DNA of 64,000 bases, taken from positions 12,162 through 76,161 of the IMG/VR virus record IMGVR_UViG_3300031578_000013. One strand, written 5' to 3'. The position numbers were made by a program, and so were the translations under genes. This document shows positions 44,333-53,016 of the stretch, piece by piece. The stretch is from a virus. Within the stretch, counting starts at the first letter, position 1. The number at the start of each line of letters is the position of its first letter. Under the pieces are notes generated by a model. It was not told the origin of the DNA, ran no database searches, and saw only the letters and a program-made list of their open reading frames with translations.

Positions 44333-44895
44333 AACGCCTGTTAATAGTTTTGTTAATTTTGTGTTTCGTACTTCCAGTCATAGCAGTATCTCCATATATC
44401 AACGATCCGATTACAGAAGATTCGTTCGTGTATAAGGAAGCATCAAAGTCGGAGATACAAACCCCCCCGCTAGTAACTATAGATATCACTCCCTTCCTAT
44501 CAAGCGGGGCTAAATTAAATAGAAATATCCACGAGAAAGAACTTCCTTACAATCAAATGGTTACAAATCTCGTCGAGCACGTAAACAACGGGGTTAAGAA
44601 AATCAAGACAGTGCAGATATATCCAGAGTCTATTTTGGAAATGTCCGACGATGCCGAGACAATCAAGCAAACTATGGATGGTAGGGTGAGGCTTGAATTA
44701 TATTACGGATATCAAACCGCAAAGCCGTGGGCGCAATATTACAAAGTAGAGAATTGCGACGCTACAAAATGTAGGGTTGTGAGGGCAGACTTTGCTACAC
44801 GACAAGTCTGGATAGAAACAATCACAGTAGAAATTGCGAATGGGATAACCGGATTGCCCGAATATAATGACTTGCCCAAAGGAGTGAAGATATGA
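44329..44895 (+). CDS. Secreted hypothetical protein
   Basis: Signal peptide MKRLLIVLLILCFVLPVIA. Confidence 0.75.
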   Translation: MKRLLIVLLILCFVLPVIAVSPYINDPITEDSFVYKEASKSEIQTPPLVTIDITPFLSSGAKLNRNIHEKELPYNQMVTNLVEHVNNGVKKIKTVQIYPESILEMSDDAETIKQTMDGRVRLELYYGYQTAKPWAQYYKVENCDATKCRVVRADFATRQVWIETITVEIANGITGLPEYNDLPKGVKI

Positions 44896-47800
44896 AACTC
44901 TCACATAAAATCCTCATAGGGTTAATCCTGATCGGGATGCTGGTTGTGCCGGTAAGTGCAACCGTTTATGGTGACAACTTCGCTCCTATAATGTCAAGCA
45001 ATACCCTATCTAACGGCGTAACTGGCAATACAACGAGTGCGAGCAGCGAATATAATACGGGGGCTTATGGGGCGTGGGCGGCGTTTGACCGTAATATATA
45101 TTCCAGCCCAACTCACGGGTGGGTTACAAAAGATAATATTGTTGCGGGTTGGCTACAGATAGAAATGCCAACGGGGAAGGTGCTTAAAAAATATACTTTG
45201 TCACAGAGTAATTTTTCGAGTCTTGCAGCCAACGCCCAAGCAGCTCCGAACCAGTGGAATGTTAATGCGTCAAATGATGGCACAACGTGGACGGTTTTGG
45301 ATACGCAAACTGGTATTCCGTGGGATAATACCGCGAGTGTCCCTCAAACATTTACAATCTCAAATACCAACTCATATAAATTTTATCAGATTAATGCAAC
45401 GGCAAATGCCACAAATCCTGCGGCGGCTCTCGGTATTGGGGAATGGTACTTATACGATGAACTGGTGGCATCGTTTACACCAGTTACTTCTACGGGGTCA
45501 AGTCCGTATGGAGTTACATTCACCGATACATCAACCGGGAGTCCGACAAGTTGGAACTGGAATATTACGGGATATGGAACTAATACATCAATATATTCAA
45601 CTGCAAGCACATCACAGAACCCGCCGTTCACGTTCTTAACGGGCAATTTCACTGTTAATCTCACGGTTACAAATCCATACGGTTCAAACATCTCAACGCA
45701 GGTAACGTGGGTGAATGTAAGCACCCCCGCACCAGTTGCATCATTCACCCAAAACAAAACCAGTGGGCAATCCCCCCTTGCAGTTCTATTCACAGATACG
45801 TCAACGGCAAGACCGATGTTCTGGAATTGGTCTGTTAATAGTACCGACTGGACAACCCGCACATGGTATAACTACACCACATCAACCAATCTGGTTCAGA
45901 CATTCACAACTGCCGGTATCTACAACGTCACCCTGTCAGTCCAGAATATAACTGAAAGTCCAGACATAAGTACAGTCCAACACGACGTTCTAGTTAATGC
46001 AACTCTCATCGCAGATTTCGTAGGAGCGCCACTATCGGGACACGCAACGACAGACGTATCTTTCGTTGATTTCTCTGTAGGTGGAGGAATATACTCGTGG
46101 GATTGGGACTTCGGAGATGGTGGTACTTCTACTGAAAGAAATCCAACCCATCCATACTCAACAACAGGAACCTTTGATGTGTCTTTAACTATAGATGGCG
46201 CAGATGGAACAAACACAACAACGATGCCGGGCTATATCACGATAACGGAAGCATCAGATATCAACCCAGACAGTACCTACCGGTTCAAACCCGATAACAA
46301 CATCATTAGTAATCTCACGCTTTATAACCGTACAATAGAAATGGGTAATGTAAATAATGCCACGTATGCCTTGGGATCAACGCTTTTCGACAAAGATCAT
46401 ATTCGAGTTATGCGGGTGCTTCCGAATGCGACAACGTATGGTGATATCGTTCTTACGTCTTACTCTATGGACAACACCACCGGCATAGTGAATTGGAATG
46501 TCACCCGCCCCGGAGGATTTGCTCCCATTGCAGCATTCGTTCCGATACTGGATATCGAAATGTTTTATGATCGATATAGTCCCGGAGTTACCGGAGCAGC
46601 GTGGGGTAGTGGAACTTTGATCAATGGCACATACCGCAATTCGTTCCCGGTAACAAACTTATTAGATTCGCCACTAACATATTCGTGGACAACATACAGC
46701 AACTTCAGCGTTGATAATAACGCACCTATTCTCTTCGAGGATGCGGTTATATTTACCCCAATTGAATTAAACTTCACTCCGAACAGGTGGTTATGGGATT
46801 TCGGGGATGGAAATACAACACTCTTAACAACTCCGAGCAGCATAGCGCACATCTATTCGGGAACACCCAGTACGCTCAACCCCTCACTGACGGCATACAT
46901 CATAGAAAACACAGCAGTAACAAACACCACGACATTGTATGGCGCGATTGTTACTGCATGGAATACAAGTTATGTTAAGGCAGATTTCTCCGCAACCCCA
47001 ATCACCGGAACTCCCGGCGTTGCAGTTTCGTTTACTGATTTATCACAGTGGGGTAGTACAGATGCAGTAAGTGGTCGAACATACAATTGGAGTTTTGGCG
47101 ATGGGTTGTATTCATCATCACCCTATTCGGATGTAACTGGAGATGTCTTGCATGTTTATCCAACAGTGGGCGTTTATTCCGTCAATCTCACTGTAAATAA
47201 CACAATTGATTCTGATCATGTGGAAAAATTAAATCACATTACTGTCGCTATAAGTCAGGTTCAGCAAACAACGTGGTACACCCCAAAGCAAATAGGCATC
47301 ACTGCGGTGTACCGCGATCCCGCAGGCATTCCCATTCCCAACACCACCCTCACCGTAACTGCAATTGGTTCGAGTATCCCGGCAACTGCAACAACTTCCA
47401 CGGGAGAATCGTTACAGGCATTATATGGTATAAATCCTACCGCAGCAAACCTTATGCTCAACAACACACTTATCATGTCTGGCACAACCGGTGGTGATGG
47501 TTCGGTGGCGTTTATTGTAGTAGCAACTATATCATACTCGGTTGCAGTGACAGATCCAGCAACGGGACTGATATGGACAACGACTCTCTTCCCATCTGAT
47601 CCAACAGGACTGTATACAGTGTGGGTGGGAGAACTGCCCTACACATCCCTTGGAAATACCACCCTGACTTATATGAATGCCACGCGGATATATTACACAC
47701 AACCCGATATTGGCAATGTCACATTTCATATTGATTATCAGGATATAAGTGGATATACCACGAATGTCTTGTTTGAAGTTATTGATGCTGGTAATATGAC

Positions 47801-47924
47801 TACGGTGTATAGTGCGAATCTTGGAGCACCAGGCACCGGTTTATTACAAGCGAATTACACACTGCCTAACAAGATGGGTTATACCTACTACTGGGGATAT
47901 AATGCTACGAGGGATACACCGTGA
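44892..47924 (+). CDS. Large secreted glycoprotein: discoidin/F5-8C-like domain plus about 5 PKD repeats; candidate adhesin
   Basis: Signal peptide; ASSEY..AWAAFD..GWLQ..SNDGTTWT; FTDTSTGSPTSWNW and WDFGDG repeats; very many NxS/T sequons. Confidence 0.85.
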   Translation: MKLSHKILIGLILIGMLVVPVSATVYGDNFAPIMSSNTLSNGVTGNTTSASSEYNTGAYGAWAAFDRNIYSSPTHGWVTKDNIVAGWLQIEMPTGKVLKKYTLSQSNFSSLAANAQAAPNQWNVNASNDGTTWTVLDTQTGIPWDNTASVPQTFTISNTNSYKFYQINATANATNPAAALGIGEWYLYDELVASFTPVTSTGSSPYGVTFTDTSTGSPTSWNWNITGYGTNTSIYSTASTSQNPPFTFLTGNFTVNLTVTNPYGSNISTQVTWVNVSTPAPVASFTQNKTSGQSPLAVLFTDTSTARPMFWNWSVNSTDWTTRTWYNYTTSTNLVQTFTTAGIYNVTLSVQNITESPDISTVQHDVLVNATLIADFVGAPLSGHATTDVSFVDFSVGGGIYSWDWDFGDGGTSTERNPTHPYSTTGTFDVSLTIDGADGTNTTTMPGYITITEASDINPDSTYRFKPDNNIISNLTLYNRTIEMGNVNNATYALGSTLFDKDHIRVMRVLPNATTYGDIVLTSYSMDNTTGIVNWNVTRPGGFAPIAAFVPILDIEMFYDRYSPGVTGAAWGSGTLINGTYRNSFPVTNLLDSPLTYSWTTYSNFSVDNNAPILFEDAVIFTPIELNFTPNRWLWDFGDGNTTLLTTPSSIAHIYSGTPSTLNPSLTAYIIENTAVTNTTTLYGAIVTAWNTSYVKADFSATPITGTPGVAVSFTDLSQWGSTDAVSGRTYNWSFGDGLYSSSPYSDVTGDVLHVYPTVGVYSVNLTVNNTIDSDHVEKLNHITVAISQVQQTTWYTPKQIGITAVYRDPAGIPIPNTTLTVTAIGSSIPATATTSTGESLQALYGINPTAANLMLNNTLIMSGTTGGDGSVAFIVVATISYSVAVTDPATGLIWTTTLFPSDPTGLYTVWVGELPYTSLGNTTLTYMNATRIYYTQPDIGNVTFHIDYQDISGYTTNVLFEVIDAGNMTTVYSANLGAPGTGLLQANYTLPNKMGYTYYWGYNATRDTP

Positions 47925-48748
47925 TTGCTATAACTCGCCCCCGCATTGTTTTACTGGTTATTGCAGCATTTGGATTGCTGGTATCCACCGCAAGTGCAGT
48001 TGTATCCTATGCTCCGGCATATTCGGGGTTGACAATGTATGGTGATTGTCCCGGCGGGGCGATGGTATGTCTTGGGTTTCCCATAGAGTTTGTCTATTTT
48101 TATAATTACATATCTATCGGATTCTTATTTCTCATAGCATCGTCTGCTTCGGAACGTAATTCATCATTCTTTGCGATTTTGCTACCATTGTTCGCTGGTT
48201 TGTTTGCATGGTGGAGATGGCTTGTTCTGCCGTCATTCGAGCAGGTGGGTGGGGTGATTATATGCTGCGCTGTGCTTGCCGTTGCGATTTATATAAAGAG
48301 TAAACAGCAGGAGAAGTTTGGTATCGCAGGGCCGGGGTCGCCCTTCCTCAACATCGTGTTCTGGATGGTGGTGGTTCAGGCATCGATTGGTTTTATTAAT
48401 TCAATGGGGATGTTTGAATATAACGTGATGGTTACACCAGATGTATTCCAGAATGTCGTTCTCGCAGACACCGTGGCAATGCATGTGGGTGCGGGTGGGT
48501 TGTGGTCGGCAATCACATCGGTAGCATATCTCACAGGTGGGCTTGCAATATCGGCGCTAATGATGATGATAAATACTCTGCTGGCTATCGTGTACTTCAA
48601 GGGGTTGGTGCTGAGTATAATTCCATTCGCAGGAGGTATTCCGGTTGTGGAGAATATGCTCACGGTTATAACTGTAGGGATTGATGTTGTAATTATATTT
48701 GCGATATTCTTGTGGCATTACAAACCAGGAGCGGGTGAAACTGTATGA
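47921..48748 (+). CDS. Polytopic membrane protein
   Basis: About 7 hydrophobic segments; GTGA overlap. Confidence 0.8.
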   Translation: MIAITRPRIVLLVIAAFGLLVSTASAVVSYAPAYSGLTMYGDCPGGAMVCLGFPIEFVYFYNYISIGFLFLIASSASERNSSFFAILLPLFAGLFAWWRWLVLPSFEQVGGVIICCAVLAVAIYIKSKQQEKFGIAGPGSPFLNIVFWMVVVQASIGFINSMGMFEYNVMVTPDVFQNVVLADTVAMHVGAGGLWSAITSVAYLTGGLAISALMMMINTLLAIVYFKGLVLSIIPFAGGIPVVENMLTVITVGIDVVIIFAIFLWHYKPGAGETV

Positions 48749-49002
48749 GTTCTCAATCTTTTATCGGGTATGCGATCATCATCGCGTTCTCGCTCATCAT
48801 CTGGGGAATGGCTGGATATGCAATAGATTTGATAGTACCGTGGGGCAACAGATTTCTAATAGGGTACGCGCAAAGTCAGGATAGTTTAAACACGGCGCAC
48901 CTATTACTTCAGATTGTCGTTTCATCGCCATTCATCGGACTGCTTTTGTGGGGCTATGATCATATCAACAATTCAAACTCTCAATCTGGAGGGGATAGAT
49001 AG
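48745..49002 (+). CDS. Small two-helix membrane protein
   Basis: 85 aa with two hydrophobic helices. Confidence 0.75.
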   Translation: MSSQSFIGYAIIIAFSLIIWGMAGYAIDLIVPWGNRFLIGYAQSQDSLNTAHLLLQIVVSSPFIGLLLWGYDHINNSNSQSGGDR

Positions 49003-49280
49003 TGGCATCGGCACAGGCAAAAATGGAGGCGATGGCACTCTGGGTTGGGGGTTCAATTTTATGTCTGACAATGTCATTCTTCGGTACGCCATTATGGAGT
49101 ATCATCAATGGCATCAATTCAGCATTCCATATCACCGGGGAAATGGGAATGAGCAATCTTCACAGCGTCCAGCCAATTCCAATGATCTACTACGGCTTCC
49201 TCGTCGTGTTCGAAATTGCCCTTATCGTCAGAACAGCCTTTGTGGTATGGAGCTCTGGTAGTTATGAATCGGGGTACTAA
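49002..49280 (+). CDS. Small two-helix membrane protein
   Basis: 92 aa with two hydrophobic helices. Confidence 0.75.
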   Translation: MASAQAKMEAMALWVGGSILCLTMSFFGTPLWSIINGINSAFHITGEMGMSNLHSVQPIPMIYYGFLVVFEIALIVRTAFVVWSSGSYESGY

Positions 49281-50010
49281 TACACTACTCGATAGATTGC
49301 AGACATCCAACATAGCAACCTTCGTAGACAAACATCACCAGAGTATCTTTCTACTATGGATAGTGTTGTGTGCACTTGGCATTCTCATAACTCCTGTTGT
49401 TGCAATTCCGACAACAGGTGCAGCAACTCTAGTAGGAAGTAACAACGCCACACTTGCAGCGACAGGTGGTGGTGTAGATTGTTGGTTTACGTATGGTACT
49501 AATTCTGGCAATCACTACTGGATCACCCCAAACACCACAGCAGCCGCAGGAGTGTTTTCACAGAGGATACACTCTGCTCCATTGACGGGCAACACCTTAT
49601 GGTATTATGCAGCGTGTGATGAAACGGGTTGTGATGCCGAACAGTCATTCTTCACCTTACCCGTCACTCCACTCCAACAGACAAACATGGGGGGGTTCTA
49701 TCGCAACATAACGCAGAGTGGTTTTAATATTCCTAACATGGCTGCGAACTTGATAGGCCCGTATGTCTGGAATACCAACATCCCACTTGTGATCGTGTTC
49801 CTGCTTATCTTCATGCCCGTATTTGTTGGGATCTGGTTACGGAGCAGGAGTGCTATCATGGTGATGATTACAGGTTTCATCACTGGGAGTTTTATCCTGT
49901 ATGCAGACAGGGGTTTGCAACTTGGGATTCCGCCTGATGTGGTGCAGGTGGCACAGGCGATGTGCTACGTGGCGTTCGCCGGGGCTGTGATTTATATATT
50001 GAAGAGATAA
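49264..50010 (+). CDS. Membrane protein with a beta-rich ectodomain and 3 C-terminal TM helices
   Basis: N-terminal hydrophobic segment, sequons, hydrophobic C-terminus. Confidence 0.75.
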   Translation: MNRGTNTLLDRLQTSNIATFVDKHHQSIFLLWIVLCALGILITPVVAIPTTGAATLVGSNNATLAATGGGVDCWFTYGTNSGNHYWITPNTTAAAGVFSQRIHSAPLTGNTLWYYAACDETGCDAEQSFFTLPVTPLQQTNMGGFYRNITQSGFNIPNMAANLIGPYVWNTNIPLVIVFLLIFMPVFVGIWLRSRSAIMVMITGFITGSFILYADRGLQLGIPPDVVQVAQAMCYVAFAGAVIYILKR

Positions 50011-50025
50011 CATTTTCTTTTTCCC
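50011..50025 (+). terminator. Oligo-T archaeal terminator
   Basis: CATTTTCTTTTTCCC directly after the operon stop. Confidence 0.5.
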
Positions 50026-50181
50026 GCGTGTGGGGTTCTGTTAACTTGGTGAGGGATAAAAATGAGTGTTAACCAGAGTGGGATAATCAATAGAAAGAAC
50101 TCGATTTTTCCTTGGTATAACAAAATCAATCATAATATTATAATAATGGACTCCCCCAATAGTCAATTGAGGCAGAAACCC

Positions 50182-50973
50182 ATGACGATTTGTATAGCAG
50201 CGATATCTAAAGATGGGGATGATGAGTGCATTGTGCTTGCAACGGATCATATGGTTTCGTTGGGAGAGGATATTCAGTTTGAACACAACATAAAAAAATA
50301 CAAACGAATTAACAAAACAACCATTGCTTTATTATCTGGTCAATTTTTAATGTTTGATGATTTAATAAAATTATCAGACGAGAATTTATGCTATTCTAAC
50401 ATTGCAGAAGAAATATTGCAGAACTTTAAAAATATACGAAAAGAGAGAATAAAAAATGAAATTTTAGATAGGGCGCAAATAGACCGTGATTTCTTACTTT
50501 CTCGTTTATCTGAATCAGAAACAAGTCAAATAATGGGTGCACTTTTTAAACAAATATACGAATATAGCCTGAGCACAACAATCATATTAGCAGGGTTTGA
50601 AGGAAGTAAAGCCGTAATTGGCGAAATTTCTGAAGATGGAATTGAACATACCCGAGATATGTTCTTTACAACGATTGGAATTGGAGACATAGAAGCACAC
50701 AATACTCTTCTCTATCAAAAGCACAATATTATAGATCCTGTTAGAAAAACAATTTATAATGTTTTCAAAGCGAAAAAGCATACAGAACATTTACCCGGAA
50801 TTGGTAAAGATACAGAAATTTTAATCCTTAAACGAGATGGCTTAACAGAATTTACCGATTTGGAAATTCTTGAGAAATTATTTAAAAAAGAAAACGATTT
50901 TGGTAAGAATCACGAGGACTTAAATAAAATAAAAATTAATAGGTCACAGGAGGTTAATGATGTTAAAAAATAA
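50182..50973 (+). CDS. Proteasome-beta-like Ntn hydrolase (IS passenger)
   Basis: M-TICIAAI...IVLATDHMVS...KY...ALLSG...IILAGF...TIGIG pattern; N-terminal Thr if translation starts at 50182. Confidence 0.75.
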   Translation: MTICIAAISKDGDDECIVLATDHMVSLGEDIQFEHNIKKYKRINKTTIALLSGQFLMFDDLIKLSDENLCYSNIAEEILQNFKNIRKERIKNEILDRAQIDRDFLLSRLSESETSQIMGALFKQIYEYSLSTTIILAGFEGSKAVIGEISEDGIEHTRDMFFTTIGIGDIEAHNTLLYQKHNIIDPVRKTIYNVFKAKKHTEHLPGIGKDTEILILKRDGLTEFTDLEILEKLFKKENDFGKNHEDLNKIKINRSQEVNDVKK

Positions 50974-51076
50974 GAAAAAAGTTACTAACGAAGATTATTT
51001 AAAAAAAGCATTGGATAAAATTATTAACCGGCCATATGATGATATGTTCAAGAGAAAAGTAAAGGGGAAACTATAG
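50957..51076 (+). CDS. Small basic protein (IS passenger)
   Basis: 39 aa, strong AGGAGGT SD, overlaps the Ntn gene end. Confidence 0.5.
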   Translation: MMLKNKKKVTNEDYLKKALDKIINRPYDDMFKRKVKGKL

Positions 51077-51085
51077 ATCCCGATT

Positions 51086-51247
51086 TCACTCCTCTTTTTC
51101 GATAATTATTTTTTTCCCATCAATCTTCATTTTTAAGTTATCATTGGGTGCAAACGGAAACGCGCTATCTCTAACAAATTCACTTGGTAGATTTATGCTG
51201 TGCCGTGATTTTACGGCATATAGTTTGACCTTTGCTTGGTTCACCAT
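51086..51247 (-). CDS. AbrB/SpoVT-like regulator
   Basis: SINLPSEFVRDSAFPFAPNDNLKMKIDGKKIIIEK. Confidence 0.75.
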   Translation of the reverse strand: MVNQAKVKLYAVKSRHSINLPSEFVRDSAFPFAPNDNLKMKIDGKKIIIEKEE

Positions 51248-51280
51248 AGTTATTCTTTGGGTTATACGGTATTTAATACT

Positions 51281-51348
51281 TTGGTGTATACCAAAGTGCA
51301 CACATAAGTATAAATACATACAATAGTATATACTATAGTATACACCAA
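51281..51348. promoter_or_regulatory. Divergent promoter with inverted-repeat operator
   Basis: TTGGTGTATAC 51281-51291 / GTATACACCAA 51338-51348 flank a TATAAATA box. Confidence 0.6.
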
Positions 51349-51363
51349 CAAGAGGTAAACAAA

Positions 51364-52470
51364 ATGACACAAACTTACGAACCATTAACAACAACCCGCG
51401 AGGAACGTGGTGAAGCCATCGCAAAACAGAACGGTCAGATTGCGCGACTTGATGACAACCATTACGCAGTTAAATCCCAATCGGGAAATGGAATTTATGA
51501 AGTAATGCAGACAGAGATCGGATGGAGATGCACATGCCCCGACCATCAAACACGCGGCGTAGAATGTAAACATATCATCTCCGTGAAATTAAGCTTTGCG
51601 ATAAGAAAACACATTGAGAAAATCCGGATTGCACCGGTTAATTCAACGGCTGATATATGCGTATTCTGTGGTTCATCTCTCATTGTAAAGGACGGGGTGC
51701 GGCACAACCAATACGGCGACATACAGGTTTTCTACTGTAAGGAATGTAATCAGCACTTCACCTTAAACGCAGGATTCGAGGGTATGAAAACATTACCGCA
51801 GGATATTACAAGCGCGATGCAGCTCTACTTTAGCGGACTATCATTCAGGAATGTTACCAAGGCGCTCAAACTGCGTGGTGTAAATGTCTCTCACGTTGCT
51901 GTCTACAAGTGGATTAACAAATACACAACCCTGATGGAGCAATACATCGAGAAGATCCAACCTCAGGTATCCGACACATGGAGAGCGGATGAGATTTACA
52001 TTAAGATCAAGGGTAATATGAAATACGTTTTCGCCGTGATGGATGATGAGACCAGATACTGGATCGCACAGGAAGTAGCGGGTTCAAAATTCAAGCACGA
52101 CGCAGCAAAGATTTTCCGAGATGCACGGGAAATTACAGGAAAGAGGCCGAACGTCCTAATCACCGACGGACTCAAAGCTTATCACGATGCGTTTAATCAG
52201 GAATTTTTCCAAATGGCTCACCCCCAATCAAAACATATCAACGCGATTAAGATAACTGGCCATGCGAGTGATGCGAACAATAACAAGATGGAAAGAATCA
52301 ACGGAGAAATCCGAGATAGGGAAAAGACAATGCGCGGCCTAAAGAAAGTCGATACAAAGGTTCTTCCCGGTATGCAGATTTATCATAACTTCATCCGGGG
52401 TCACGAAGCCCTAAAGGGTATGACACCCGCAGAGGCATGTGGAATTGTGGTTGAAGGAGATAATAAGTAG
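51364..52470 (+). CDS. tnpA: IS6-family DDE transposase with N-terminal SWIM finger and Zn ribbon
   Basis: CTCPD..CKH, CVFC/CKEC, GLSFR HTH, WRADE, ITDG, MER, HNFIR.H, TPAE. Confidence 0.92.
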   Translation: MTQTYEPLTTTREERGEAIAKQNGQIARLDDNHYAVKSQSGNGIYEVMQTEIGWRCTCPDHQTRGVECKHIISVKLSFAIRKHIEKIRIAPVNSTADICVFCGSSLIVKDGVRHNQYGDIQVFYCKECNQHFTLNAGFEGMKTLPQDITSAMQLYFSGLSFRNVTKALKLRGVNVSHVAVYKWINKYTTLMEQYIEKIQPQVSDTWRADEIYIKIKGNMKYVFAVMDDETRYWIAQEVAGSKFKHDAAKIFRDAREITGKRPNVLITDGLKAYHDAFNQEFFQMAHPQSKHINAIKITGHASDANNNKMERINGEIRDREKTMRGLKKVDTKVLPGMQIYHNFIRGHEALKGMTPAEACGIVVEGDNK

Positions 52471-52574
52471 ATGACTCTAATTCAGAATGCAAGCCAAATG
52501 GCGAAGGCAAAATAACTTTTTGACGATAAATCAAATCGGATGTTTTTAATATAATGTCTTTTATCTTTTAATCA

Positions 52575-52898
52575 ATGAAAGCATCATTACTCATAATAGG
52601 TGTATTATGCATTTTATTTTTATATACTGTACCTGTTCCAATTTATCCTCAACCACATACCGTAATGGGCTCAAATACTTACACGGATTTTAGCACAGGA
52701 CAGACATTACCATGTCCTCAATATTCGTCTTTGACCATATCTCAATTATCGGGATCTGTTTCAGATCCAGTAATTATGGGTGGCCTGAGTGCTTGCTCTA
52801 TTATTATTGGGGGTCCGGCATATGAGTTATACACCGGTATATTTTATGTAGGGTGGATTATCGGTGCACTTTGTGTTTTATCCGGTTTTTCAAAATAA
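52575..52898 (+). CDS. Small membrane protein (IS passenger)
   Basis: Hydrophobic N- and C-termini; lies inside the right TIR. Confidence 0.65.
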   Translation: MKASLLIIGVLCILFLYTVPVPIYPQPHTVMGSNTYTDFSTGQTLPCPQYSSLTISQLSGSVSDPVIMGGLSACSIIIGGPAYELYTGIFYVGWIIGALCVLSGFSK

Positions 52899-52978
52899 AA
52901 AAATGCTGTTTTTTAAAGTATCCCACGACAGTTAACACCATTTTTGATCCCACATAGAGTTAACAGAACCGCGTGTGG

Positions 52979-53016
52979 TAACCTTTATCAGTTGGTAACC
53001 TCAATAGATATATATG
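52979..53016 (+). promoter_or_regulatory. Archaeal promoter, leaderless start
   Basis: TTTATCAG at 52984, ATG at 53014. Confidence 0.5.

Larger units (their letters stand above)
50034..52970 (+). mobile_element. IS6-family element with passenger genes (2937 bp)
   Basis: Perfect 13-bp TIR GGTTCTGTTAACT (50034-50046 / 52958-52970); 8-bp TSD GCGTGTGG (50026-50033 / 52971-52978); DDE transposase. Confidence 0.93.

Noticed and set aside
50062-50181. Upstream start or propeptide for the Ntn hydrolase
   Set aside because: ATG 50182 directly exposes Thr1 and is more parsimonious; a propeptide is not fully excluded
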